Source of the DNA: a virus
Length of the DNA: 64,000 nucleotides
Reading direction: 5' to 3' (one strand)
Virus record (IMG/VR): IMGVR_UViG_3300049729_000039
Under the pieces are notes generated by a model, which was given only the letters and a program-made list of their open reading frames with translations, did no database searches and had not been told where the DNA came from. Each line of letters opens with the position of its first letter. Within the stretch, counting starts at the first letter, position 1. Both the position numbers and the translations under genes were made by a program. Below are positions 52,646-63,000 of the stretch, piece by piece.

Positions 52646-55600
52646 GAACAATAGGTAAAGCACAGGACATAGAAAACAAGGCACTGATAACGTTCTTGGA
52701 CGGTGGTATTATACAACGTATCTGGTCAAACGGCAGGATAGAGAGGATAGCCTATTATGAGTACTTCAACTTCGGGGTGATAAATCATGCCAACGTAATT
52801 GGTGATATACTTTACTGGACTGACGGAGAAGAGCTTGATATGTCTCTTGGTTCTTTTAACCCACCACGAAAACTAAACATAGTCAGAGCAAGTGCGCTTA
52901 CCAATCAATACTTAGCAAATAAACTACCCACATATGACCCTGCCTATAATTATACTATAGTTCCCCCTACCCCTGCACCGAAAGTAGAATATGAGGGCAA
53001 CCTTTATGTAGCAGTTCAGGATTCAACAGGACAAACACCTTCTAACACTTCTCTTTACTGGCGACTGGCACGTCCTAAATTTGTCACTGGGGAGATAGTA
53101 GGGTTTGATGGTAATTGTTTTCAGTGCCTACAGGACACCACCACGCAAGATCCTACGCACTCCGCTAACTGGAAGCTGATAGAATACAAACACTACGATG
53201 CTTTTACCTTACAGAACATAATGAGGGGTAAGATACCTCCACTACAGCCTACATGGTCGGTTATTACAGACGGAACAATTAAGAAAAACGAGCTTCGAGA
53301 CAAGATATTCCAGTTCCGTTCAAGATTTATCTATGATGACAATGAAAAGTCCACATGGAGTTGTATGTCTACACCCACACTGCTAAACTTAGAATATGAT
53401 GGCTACTATTCTGATCCTTGCATTAATAATACAATCCTACTCTCGTTACAAACAGGGACGAAAGAAGTAGTCAGGATTCAGATAGCCTGTCGGATAAATA
53501 ACGGAGACTGGGTACTGGTGGATGACATACATAAATATACACCAACGTTTGGAGTATTAATTGCATCTAATATAAATTATACCTACACTTTCAAAAACGA
53601 CATTCAGACCCTCCCGCTCGACCAGACAGAGACCAATAACCTTTTTTCTTATACTCCACAGATATCCAACTGTCAGGAGTTAATTCAGGGAAATAGGTTG
53701 GTGGATGCTGACATCACAGAGGGATATGACTATCCAGACGTAAACTGTACGCTTACACCACGCTATGCCACAGTACCACAGCCAGTAGAAACGGCTCTAT
53801 CAGTAAGTTATATTTCCACTGCCTATGTGTTTGTTATGCCTACTTTTGATTCTTTAATAAAAGTATCTATACTGAAATTTATCATACCATTAAGCACCAC
53901 AAATAAAATAACTATTCAGTATTTCCCGAAGAACGAAACCACGATTGGACAGGTTTTAGACGGAATAGTATTGGAGTTTGCTAAAAATGGAGTGACTGCC
54001 ATAAAGGTAGGATTAACATTAAGCGTGACGATACCAAGCAATGGCGCTGCTTTGTTCTCGCTAATAAACGTACCAGATAGGATAGGTGGATTGAAGTATT
54101 CCTCCACACTTAATCCGGGGATCGTGTTTTTTGATGAACTTAAAAGATCATGTTCTGTTTATAAACTCCCAAAAATTGACATTCAATCCGTAAACGACCA
54201 AGTAGGAGGAACCACTGTTTCTTTTCTACCTGTTCCTGTGATTGACTTTTCTCTGGCGGGTACGCCTCCAATTCAGGCTTATTCGTATAAGTTCTGTCAT
54301 GTAGATAATCGTTATGCTTTTTTGGATATTGCTATTCCTACTACCTATATAGTAGCTGACTCCATAAAAAGGATAGTAAGGATAAATCTCGACAGTGCAG
54401 TGTTGGATTACAGAAATGCCAACCCTGATTCCGTGGTACAGCCGTGGACATGGACGAAAGGTGACAGGATAAGACTTCTTGGTTACTCTAACTACGACTC
54501 TATCGAGTACTTCACTTCTGAATATGACTTAGAATTATCGGCTTCCGTGGTAGGCAGTGCCACTACGTATTCTTTTCCTTACCAGAACATCGACTATTCC
54601 AGAAACCTTTTGGTAGAGGTATACAGAGACGTACCGGCTAACGTAGACCCAACCGTTTATTTCGAGTGCGGTGAAGAGTACATAATAACTAACCCCAGGA
54701 CGCCAATAAGAGCGTATGGCACGACTTCTGGTACGATTGATATGTACGATGCCTTCCAGAAAAACAGCACGCAGGCGAACGCATATCTGTACGCATGGAT
54801 GTATTCTTCATCACTGGGAGAGATACAGATATTCGATGTGTCTGTTCCTAATATGCCACAGCTTTTAAGTTCTACTAACACCCCTATCTCTAATCCGAGG
54901 TATATGGTGGTATCAGGAAATTATGCTTACACTTCATACACCCAGACCTTGCAGATTTGGGACGTATCCAATATTGCCAATCCTGTAGTAGTATCTTCTA
55001 TCACCTTAGATTATGATGACTCCAAGACGGTAAGATTGAATGCCGGATATGCCTACATAGTGAGTGGAAACCACGCTAAGCTGACTGTTATAAACGTCTC
55101 TACACCTTCTTCACCTGTGAAATACACTGCTATCTCCCTGACAGGTGGAGCAGGTAACGAAGATATCTGTTTTCACGGTACCAAGGCTTACTCTTCAGGA
55201 GTACTGACAGGCACTATTGACGTGATAGACATATCTAACCCGCAGATACCAGTACTGGGAACTCCTATCACAGGGCTAAGTAGTCCGAGAAAACTATGTA
55301 TCTCTGGTGACTACCTGTTCGTAACCAATAGCGGTGCTAATGAGTTAAGGATATTCAACATCTCTGGAACCCCCTCATACGTCTCTACGGTAGGTGGACT
55401 AAACGACTGTTACGCAGTGAGTGTCCAAGGGAAATATGCTTACGTGGTCAACTACGGATCTAATACTTTAAGTGTTATTGACATCTCAAGTATTACGTCT
55501 CCAGTGGTGGTTGGAACGGCATCCGTAGGTACCAACCCCTATGACTTGGCCGTTGCAGGACAGTATGTATATGTGGCCAACTTCACCTCGATGACTATTT

Positions 55601-56862
55601 CAGTAGTAGATGTATCGAATCCTACCGCACCTAATACTATAGCCACTACAGCAGCCGTAGCTAGTTATTCCAGTTTAAGTGTGAGTGGAATATCTACATT
55701 TGGATCTATAGAGAGCAGAAACTACTCTGACCTGTTTAAGTCCGACCAAGGGGACTTGCAAAGAACAGCAGTTTATTCTTTAGAACTGAAACGTAAACGA
55801 ATAAAAGGATTAAAACGTTGGTCGGGTGTTTATCTACAAAACACTTTCAAAAACGATCTTAATCAAAATGATTACGCTGACTACGACGAATCTAACGAGA
55901 CATTTGGTGGTATAACTCGTATATTTGAATACGGAGACATACTTAAAGTGTTACAGTCAGAGAAAGTCACAAGTTATTATTTGAGCAAGGCCGTACTTAA
56001 TCAAGCAGCACAATCCGGCACAGAGATAGTGTCTACCTCTACTCTCGTATTGGGTTCTATGCACCAATCCACAGAGAGATATGGATGCCAGAACGCAGAA
56101 TCACTTGTACAAAATGGTACTACATCTTATTATGCAGACGTCAACAATGGGTGTTTCATCCGAGAAGGAACAAGTGAACCAGTGCCTATCTCTGATAACG
56201 GAATAAAGAACTACACAAAAGCACTTTTCGATCAGATTAAGAACTACTATCCAAGAATTGTAGGCGGTTACGATCAGTCTAAAGGTGAGTTGTGGTACAC
56301 TATCTATGCCTATATGCCAACAGGTGAGATAAAAATAACTCTGATGTTCAACGAAGAAGAAAAGACATGGAAGTCTTATTTTGACTTCGTTGATGTTGGT
56401 GGTAATATTCCAGAGATGTACGGAAGCATAGGTCAGGTGATGTTTGCCTTTGTACAGGGTATTACATGGCAACATGAATCGGGTACGGATTATTCTAATT
56501 TCTTTGGAATTGACGTACAGCCAAAGGTAAATATCGTAGCAAAGGGAAACGGGAAATCTGTTTTCAATTCGGTGAAACTTATCAGCAACAAAAACTGGAA
56601 GTGTGATTCAGTATTAGTATTTGATAATAATACATATCAAGCTGGAATGGTTAGTAAATTACCCGCATTTGTCAAAAAAGAGGGGTGGCTATACGCTCCA
56701 TTTTTGAGAGATATGACTACATCATCACCAACGCCCACCAATAATGATCTTTTTAATGGCAGGTCTTTGAGGGGGATGACCGCAGAGTTTGAATTACAAA
56801 CTATTGAATCTGGATTAACACAGCTTTATGAGGTAGAAGTGACAACTACGCCTTCTTTATAA
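52642..56862 (+). CDS. Large tail protein (1406 aa) with an internal LVIVD-type beta-propeller
   Basis: ATG at 52642 in an ATGA overlap with the upstream stop. About 7 repeats of the type YAYV.n.g.n.L.V(I/F)D(V/I)SnP..P.. are encoded at about 54880-55640. Confidence 0.7.
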   Translation: MRTIGKAQDIENKALITFLDGGIIQRIWSNGRIERIAYYEYFNFGVINHANVIGDILYWTDGEELDMSLGSFNPPRKLNIVRASALTNQYLANKLPTYDPAYNYTIVPPTPAPKVEYEGNLYVAVQDSTGQTPSNTSLYWRLARPKFVTGEIVGFDGNCFQCLQDTTTQDPTHSANWKLIEYKHYDAFTLQNIMRGKIPPLQPTWSVITDGTIKKNELRDKIFQFRSRFIYDDNEKSTWSCMSTPTLLNLEYDGYYSDPCINNTILLSLQTGTKEVVRIQIACRINNGDWVLVDDIHKYTPTFGVLIASNINYTYTFKNDIQTLPLDQTETNNLFSYTPQISNCQELIQGNRLVDADITEGYDYPDVNCTLTPRYATVPQPVETALSVSYISTAYVFVMPTFDSLIKVSILKFIIPLSTTNKITIQYFPKNETTIGQVLDGIVLEFAKNGVTAIKVGLTLSVTIPSNGAALFSLINVPDRIGGLKYSSTLNPGIVFFDELKRSCSVYKLPKIDIQSVNDQVGGTTVSFLPVPVIDFSLAGTPPIQAYSYKFCHVDNRYAFLDIAIPTTYIVADSIKRIVRINLDSAVLDYRNANPDSVVQPWTWTKGDRIRLLGYSNYDSIEYFTSEYDLELSASVVGSATTYSFPYQNIDYSRNLLVEVYRDVPANVDPTVYFECGEEYIITNPRTPIRAYGTTSGTIDMYDAFQKNSTQANAYLYAWMYSSSLGEIQIFDVSVPNMPQLLSSTNTPISNPRYMVVSGNYAYTSYTQTLQIWDVSNIANPVVVSSITLDYDDSKTVRLNAGYAYIVSGNHAKLTVINVSTPSSPVKYTAISLTGGAGNEDICFHGTKAYSSGVLTGTIDVIDISNPQIPVLGTPITGLSSPRKLCISGDYLFVTNSGANELRIFNISGTPSYVSTVGGLNDCYAVSVQGKYAYVVNYGSNTLSVIDISSITSPVVVGTASVGTNPYDLAVAGQYVYVANFTSMTISVVDVSNPTAPNTIATTAAVASYSSLSVSGISTFGSIESRNYSDLFKSDQGDLQRTAVYSLELKRKRIKGLKRWSGVYLQNTFKNDLNQNDYADYDESNETFGGITRIFEYGDILKVLQSEKVTSYYLSKAVLNQAAQSGTEIVSTSTLVLGSMHQSTERYGCQNAESLVQNGTTSYYADVNNGCFIREGTSEPVPISDNGIKNYTKALFDQIKNYYPRIVGGYDQSKGELWYTIYAYMPTGEIKITLMFNEEEKTWKSYFDFVDVGGNIPEMYGSIGQVMFAFVQGITWQHESGTDYSNFFGIDVQPKVNIVAKGNGKSVFNSVKLISNKNWKCDSVLVFDNNTYQAGMVSKLPAFVKKEGWLYAPFLRDMTTSSPTPTNNDLFNGRSLRGMTAEFELQTIESGLTQLYEVEVTTTPSL

Positions 56863-56878
56863 TCGGTATAAATAAAAA

Positions 56879-56909
56879 TTGCAAAACATTTACCAATTGA
56901 CTATCTTTG
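56879..56909 (+). promoter_or_regulatory. Bacteroidota-type promoter (TTG-N20-TATCTTTG)
   Basis: aTTGcaaaacatttaccaattgacTATCTTTG, 15 nt before the ATG at 56925. Confidence 0.65.
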
Positions 56910-56924
56910 TAGAAAGATTTAGCA

Positions 56925-57662
56925 ATGGACGGTAGCGCACTAACTTCTCTCAAACGTATTTGTTTAAAGTCTATTCACAGAAACAGGCTCCCAATGAGTG
57001 AATACAAACTTGTGTTCAGCCTTTCATGCGACTGCCTCCGTGATCTACACCTATTTACTGTCAAGTCAGAGCGCACGGTACGTCTTAAAATGGACTTGGT
57101 TAACTGCGTCTCACTCCCTTCCGATTTCCTTTCGCTTATTAAAATCGGTTGTGCTATCAATGGCAGGTTTTGGTCATTTACCAATGACGAGGGGATTATC
57201 ATTCCACAGACAATAGTCAATGGCGTACCTACTCTCAATGGTGATCTAGGCGAAGGTCAGACACGTGTGGAGGGTAAGTTCAACTCCGATGGCAGTCAGG
57301 CAGGATGGTCATTCAGTGCCTATACTTCCAGTGGCGGGGTAAACAACTATTACCTTAAATTCGACTACGAAAACAGAAGGATTATCCTTGATAATATTGA
57401 CAGAGGCGATGTGATACTCGTTTATAAATCCAATGGAATAAGCACGTCAGGCGAGACGTTAGTTCCTGTTATCTACGAGGAAGCATTACTTTCATTTATC
57501 GACTGGAAACGTAGTTTGGGGGAGAGAAATATGTCATGGGCGCAAAAAAATGAACAAAGCTATTACGAGGAATGCCACAAATTACAATTTTTGGAGAGTC
57601 CATCACTCACAGACTTGTTCGATGTTATAAGGTCAACGTATTCACAAGGAATTAAAAGGTAA
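56925..57662 (+). CDS. Hypothetical virion protein
   Basis: 245-aa ATG ORF. Confidence 0.55.
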   Translation: MDGSALTSLKRICLKSIHRNRLPMSEYKLVFSLSCDCLRDLHLFTVKSERTVRLKMDLVNCVSLPSDFLSLIKIGCAINGRFWSFTNDEGIIIPQTIVNGVPTLNGDLGEGQTRVEGKFNSDGSQAGWSFSAYTSSGGVNNYYLKFDYENRRIILDNIDRGDVILVYKSNGISTSGETLVPVIYEEALLSFIDWKRSLGERNMSWAQKNEQSYYEECHKLQFLESPSLTDLFDVIRSTYSQGIKR

Positions 57663-57665
57663 GAT

Positions 57666-58445
57666 ATGGAACCAATGGAATGGCTCGCAATAGGGCAAGC
57701 AGCACTCGGTGGAATAAAATCAATATTTGGAGCAAGTAAAGCATCGCAAGCCAAAAAGCAATTAAACGCTCTACAGCGACCTATGATGCAGATACCGGCT
57801 GAGGCTTCTGCTGCTCTGGCCAACGCACAGAAAATGGCTTTAATGACCACTCTCCCCGGACAAGATATTATGCAAAACAATATTGGCTCTAATACGCAGG
57901 CTAACGTCAACGCACTAGGGGAAGTAGCAACAGGAGGATCTTTACTTGAAGGAACCAATCGTGCCTATCAACAGGGCGCAAAGCAGATTTCTGATCTCGA
58001 TGTAGCCGCAGCACAGTTCAACGCAGCCAATCAGGGAGCATATCGCCAAGAGTTAGGCCAAATGACTAACTTGAAGAACCAACAGTTTCAAGTCAACCAA
58101 CTCGACCCATACAATCAGAAATACCAAGAACTAACCAACCAAAGAAGCGCAGGTCAGTCTAATATGTGGGGTGGTATTGGAATGGCGGCACAAGCAGCAG
58201 GCAGTTATTTGGGAATGAAACAGGAAAGTGATCAATTTAACCAAATGATGGGAACAGGAAATTATGCCCCCAATCCCAACAGAGGAGTAACAGGAATGCA
58301 GGTTTCACCTATGTCTCCAGTTCAAACCAATTCTTTACCGATGAATTTCAGCCAAAATCCATTAATGGATAGTCGAAATATCAATTCAATGCAACAAAAG
58401 ATGTACAGTCCTTGGAATAATTACAATCCCTTCAAAACTCAATAA
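57666..58445 (+). CDS. Q/N/A/G-rich virion protein
   Basis: 259-aa low-complexity, Q/N-rich ATG ORF. Confidence 0.55.
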   Translation: MEPMEWLAIGQAALGGIKSIFGASKASQAKKQLNALQRPMMQIPAEASAALANAQKMALMTTLPGQDIMQNNIGSNTQANVNALGEVATGGSLLEGTNRAYQQGAKQISDLDVAAAQFNAANQGAYRQELGQMTNLKNQQFQVNQLDPYNQKYQELTNQRSAGQSNMWGGIGMAAQAAGSYLGMKQESDQFNQMMGTGNYAPNPNRGVTGMQVSPMSPVQTNSLPMNFSQNPLMDSRNINSMQQKMYSPWNNYNPFKTQ

Positions 58446-58447
58446 TT

Positions 58448-58540
58448 ATGAAAGCACCTAAAAAGATCAAGAAAGTAAAGAAAGCACCAAAGAAAGCCAT
58501 GCCTCCAAAGCCAATGCAAAAAGTAGGCAAGCCGATGTAA
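58448..58540 (+). CDS. 30-aa lysine-rich mini-protein (below the track cutoff)
   Basis: My translation is MKAPKKIKKVKKAPKKAMPPKPMQKVGKPM. It starts 2 nt after the upstream stop and is followed by a hairpin. Confidence 0.4.
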   Translation: MKAPKKIKKVKKAPKKAMPPKPMQKVGKPM

Positions 58541-58558
58541 CAAACGAGCAACCGGAAT

Positions 58559-58590
58559 AAAAACCATCTCAAAATCTGGGATGGTTTTTT
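58559..58590 (+). terminator. Hairpin terminator (moderate)
   Basis: aaaaaccatc / gatggttttt stem with an 11-nt loop. The U-run is partly within the stem. Confidence 0.5.
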
Positions 58591-58591
58591 G

Positions 58592-58623
58592 TTTGCATAA
58601 AATTAGTTTAATGACTATCTTTG
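58592..58623 (+). promoter_or_regulatory. Bacteroidota-type promoter (TTTG-N20-TATCTTTG)
   Basis: TTTGcataaaattagtttaatgacTATCTTTG, 25 nt before the ATG at 58649. Confidence 0.65.
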
Positions 58624-58648
58624 TATCTGGATTTAATCTAAATAAATA

Positions 58649-60010
58649 ATGGCTGATATTGGCGCACTTTTACTTCCTGACATAAATCTCATGGGGGCTT
58701 ATGAACAGAGCTTTCAGAGACAACAAGCACTGAAACAGTATGTCGTACAAAAGTCAGAGAAGAACGAAGATAAGTTCTGGAAAGACAACACTGTATCCTT
58801 GGATGATTCATTGGGGGCAATAAAGGGAGTACAGAATGTAATGACTGCCAAGCTGAATGACCACATGGCAAAGGTACAGAAAGCCTTTGGCGACAACAAA
58901 CGTGGGCCTGTTTTTCATATAGACCCTAAAACCAACGCTGAATTACAGATGGATGCGTTTAAGTTACAGGCAGAGCAGGCACAATATATGAATGAGATAT
59001 CCAAACTTAACTCTGCAAGGTCTACCATCAATAACCCTGCATTCGCATCTACCCACGATATAGATCACACAAATAATTGGATAAAACAATTACAGGAAGG
59101 CAAGCATCCAGAAGGGGAACCGATTCAGACACTCCCTATGGATGGGGGAAAGGCGCTATTGGATTTATCCAAAGAGCTACCAGGCAGAAACAAATATGAT
59201 ACACCACACAAGGGACTACAATACGACAAGTATGGGTATCACTCTGGCCTTGTTAAGAATTTCGATCCTAATAACATAGATAAGAGTAACCAGGAGGCGT
59301 ATAACAGCTTCACGGAGATGGCACATAAAAACAATGCAATTTATGGTATAGCACAGGCTGATTTTGCTCACGCAGCAAACAAAGATCCCAATATCGTAAA
59401 GCAATTTGCCAGTGATCCTGACCCTGCTTGGTCTTATTTTGTAGCTAAGAACAGTGCGGTAATATCTGGAATAACAAAGGCCACACAAGAGCACATAACA
59501 GATAAACCATACAAATCAGGTGGTTCTGAATATACTAAAGACAAGCATACCTTATTTGATGAAGGAAACAATAATTTCACCGTTCCTACCAGTGGTGGCA
59601 AGGTTACTATCCCTATGTCCGTAGACGCAAGTGACGGTGGAACCGCAAGCGGGACGTTGACATCTATTTCTCCATCAAGGGGTGAGGCAACGGCAGTTTA
59701 TCAGGGGAAAGATTTAGATGGAAAGGGTAATCCTAAAACAAACGATGCCGGACAGGTAATATATGTAAACAAAACTAAAATACTCAAAGGTGCTGAATAT
59801 ACCAAAGCAGTAAATACCCTTAAATCACAAGGGAAATGGCATTTCGACACAAATCCGGCAGAAACACACCAAAACCAAGTACAAAGCTCACCACAAGGTA
59901 AGCCTACCTCGCAAGTTCCACAGGGTAAATACCCTCCTGGAGTTGATGCAAATGGAAATGGGAAAGACGACAAAAATAGAACATGGAAACACGGTAAAAT
60001 ACAAGTATAA
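58649..60010 (+). CDS. Hypothetical virion protein
   Basis: 453-aa ATG ORF. Confidence 0.6.
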   Translation: MADIGALLLPDINLMGAYEQSFQRQQALKQYVVQKSEKNEDKFWKDNTVSLDDSLGAIKGVQNVMTAKLNDHMAKVQKAFGDNKRGPVFHIDPKTNAELQMDAFKLQAEQAQYMNEISKLNSARSTINNPAFASTHDIDHTNNWIKQLQEGKHPEGEPIQTLPMDGGKALLDLSKELPGRNKYDTPHKGLQYDKYGYHSGLVKNFDPNNIDKSNQEAYNSFTEMAHKNNAIYGIAQADFAHAANKDPNIVKQFASDPDPAWSYFVAKNSAVISGITKATQEHITDKPYKSGGSEYTKDKHTLFDEGNNNFTVPTSGGKVTIPMSVDASDGGTASGTLTSISPSRGEATAVYQGKDLDGKGNPKTNDAGQVIYVNKTKILKGAEYTKAVNTLKSQGKWHFDTNPAETHQNQVQSSPQGKPTSQVPQGKYPPGVDANGNGKDDKNRTWKHGKIQV

Positions 60011-63000
60011 TGGAAGAATTACCTATAAAAACACCACAAGACCTATACCCTCAATTTGCGAAAGCGGGTAGGCTACGTAATGTATTATCTTCTTTAGATG
60101 TAGACGTACCGGATAATGACAAAGACTTCTATACGAAGCTATCTGATGATAAATACAGGGATAGATTACACAAACTGTTACCTACATTAAATGTAGATGT
60201 TCCAGAAAACTTTGACGAGTTCTCAGCAGAATATGGTTTAAAAAAAAAGTCTACTTCACAGACTGGTTCTTCGGCTTCAAAATTACCATTACAAAAGTTT
60301 AAGGGATTTACTAAAGAACAGTCTGAGAAACTAAAGACAGACGTAGAACAAAGAAACCAACCACAACAGGTAGATGAAAAGGGTAAAACCGTAGAAGAAT
60401 TACCACAGGAACTTCCGTCTGGATTTATGGACGAACACAATTCTTTATCAAACGTAACACAACGACTGGCCCCAGGTTCTAACTCGCAAGACTTTTTACT
60501 TCCAGAAGGAACACAAGATCACGTAACCACGGAGGACGAACAAAAAGAACTTGACCAAAATCTATTCAAGACACAATCAAAATATTTCTCCACTAATATT
60601 TCCGACGAGGAATTAAAAATTCTACCCACAGATTCAGAGTGGAAAAAGAAATTAAAGATAGCAGCACAACAAGCTAAGACTAACTCACAATATAACCCAG
60701 TAGAAAGAGCTGTTTACGGTTTAGGCAAGGATGTAGTTTCTAATTTTGATATATTAACAAACGATTTAAAAGGCGCAGCTAAGTTTCTCGAAGATGCAGC
60801 CCAAGCACATTACAAGGCTACATACGAATTAAAACACGGAGTAGGAACCGCACCCGATGTGTCAGACATAGCACACCCATTATCTAAGGGTATTCCTGAA
60901 TTACTATCAAAAACAAAATTAGGAGACAAATTAGTTAATCAGTGGGATGAACTAAAATCTACGTTTCCAGATGTTCCCGATAATACTTTTGGAGCAATAG
61001 AAAAGGGACTTGCACCCGTACCTGCTATGGTTGCTGAATTTTCTACTTTAGGTGGAGAAGCTAAGTTATTTGGCATGAGTACCAAGTTAGCCACTGCAAT
61101 AGTTACCGGTAGCGCACTAAAAACATACAACGAACAAGGCGATAAGCCTATGGGAGAAAAACTTGCAGCAGCAGGTGAATCAGCAGCAGAGGGCGCATTG
61201 ACGGGAACCGCTATGGAATTATCATGGTTGCTGGGAGCAAAGACAAAGAGTATAGTGAAGTCGGCACTTATATCGGGGGCAACAGGAGCAGCCCTAAACG
61301 CAGCAGAGACATACAAGGCAACAGGCGATGTAAGTATCCCCGGCATGATAGCCAATGCAGCATTCATGATGGGTGGTGCAAGAAAAGACTACAAGGCAGA
61401 AGGCAGAGAATTAACCGATATTTTAGGAGATAGAACGCAAAAAGCTATCACTAATTTCTTCACCGCACCACAATCAGCAGTAAAATTTGCAGCAGACTAC
61501 GAGGTAGCACCATCTTATCTGAGAGAGAAAGCAGAAGGACTAATCAACGATGCTATAAAAGACGAAGATATAGTCTTACATACCGACGAGAACGGTAAAC
61601 AGACATTCAGATTAAACCTACAGCCAGAAAACATCACTCCCGAAGATATCCACAGTTTAGGGATGGGAACTACGCTTAATAATATATCAGACCATTTAGC
61701 TATAACGAGACACCTACAAGACCCCAAAGTTCAACAAGAATGGATAGATAGGATTAACAGCAATCCAGACCTACCCCCAGAGACGAAGCAGATGATGTTA
61801 CAGCGCATCAAGGACACCGTTGAGGCCAATGACCCCACTCACAAAGCAATCGAACCTATATCTAACGATATTGAAAAATTAAAGAAACAGAAATATGACA
61901 TTGATAACAGCAAGATCCTTTCAGAAGAAGAAAGAATTGCCCGCAACAAAATCCTCGACACACAGATAAAAGCAAAACAGGGAGAGATTGAAGCGTTATT
62001 ACAACCAAAAGAAGCTGCCAAGGACGCTAATGTTCCGACCAAAACCGAAAAGGTAGGTGGCAAAAAAACCAATGCCAAAACCAACAGTGAAGTCAGCACC
62101 AAAAATGCCGATGAAGAAAGGCTGTTAGCCGAAAAAAAAGTAGCGACAGGCGAACAACCTGTTGCTACTTCTAAACCAAACGTTTTGGTTGATGAAAATG
62201 GCGAATTTACACAACATGCTAAAAAAATAGCTGACGATTGGATATTAAATGCAACTCCCGAAGAAATAGCAAAAAGAGCCGATGAAATTAAAAGTAGATT
62301 CAAAGACGCTTTTGAGAAATACAATGGAGATGGTTCGTATAAAAAATATCTTAGCCTAAAAAGAGAATCAGAAAATTCTAATGCCGAAAACGGAAACAGA
62401 ATTGATGCCGAAATAGAGAAAATGGAAAACAATATTCCGAAAGGAGAAGGTGAGATCAGTCCAGAAGAATATTATGACAGCAGAGAGTGGCAGAAAATTA
62501 AAAGAACAGCCGAATTAACAAGCGAAGAATCACTTAAAAAAACTGATCCTGAAGACTTATACAATATGATTGGATATAGTCTAACTGATCCAAGAACATT
62601 CGATGCCAATAGTTATTCCCCAGAGGGAATTATCAAGCTGAGAGAAGCGTATAAGGAACTAAAAAGCAGAGGAGTGTCTGATAAGGATATTATTCAAAAC
62701 TCATTATCAGAGAGAGAGAAAAGGGGTGATAATGCAGAACATTTGATGCAATTAGCACAGGATAACATAAATAAATTAAAACAATTCGGGGGAAAAGAAG
62801 AATCAACCACCAAACAATTACCCGAACTGGTAGGTGACAAAACAACACCGACTGAAACAAAAGCTGACCTCACGCCTAAAGTAGAACCTGAAATATCTGA
62901 ACCAAAGCCTGAACCTAAAACTAAAGACCAACTCACAAAAGACAAGGCAGGAAAAGCACGTATCAAAAAAACTGTTGCTGAATCAAAAGCATTAAAAGCC

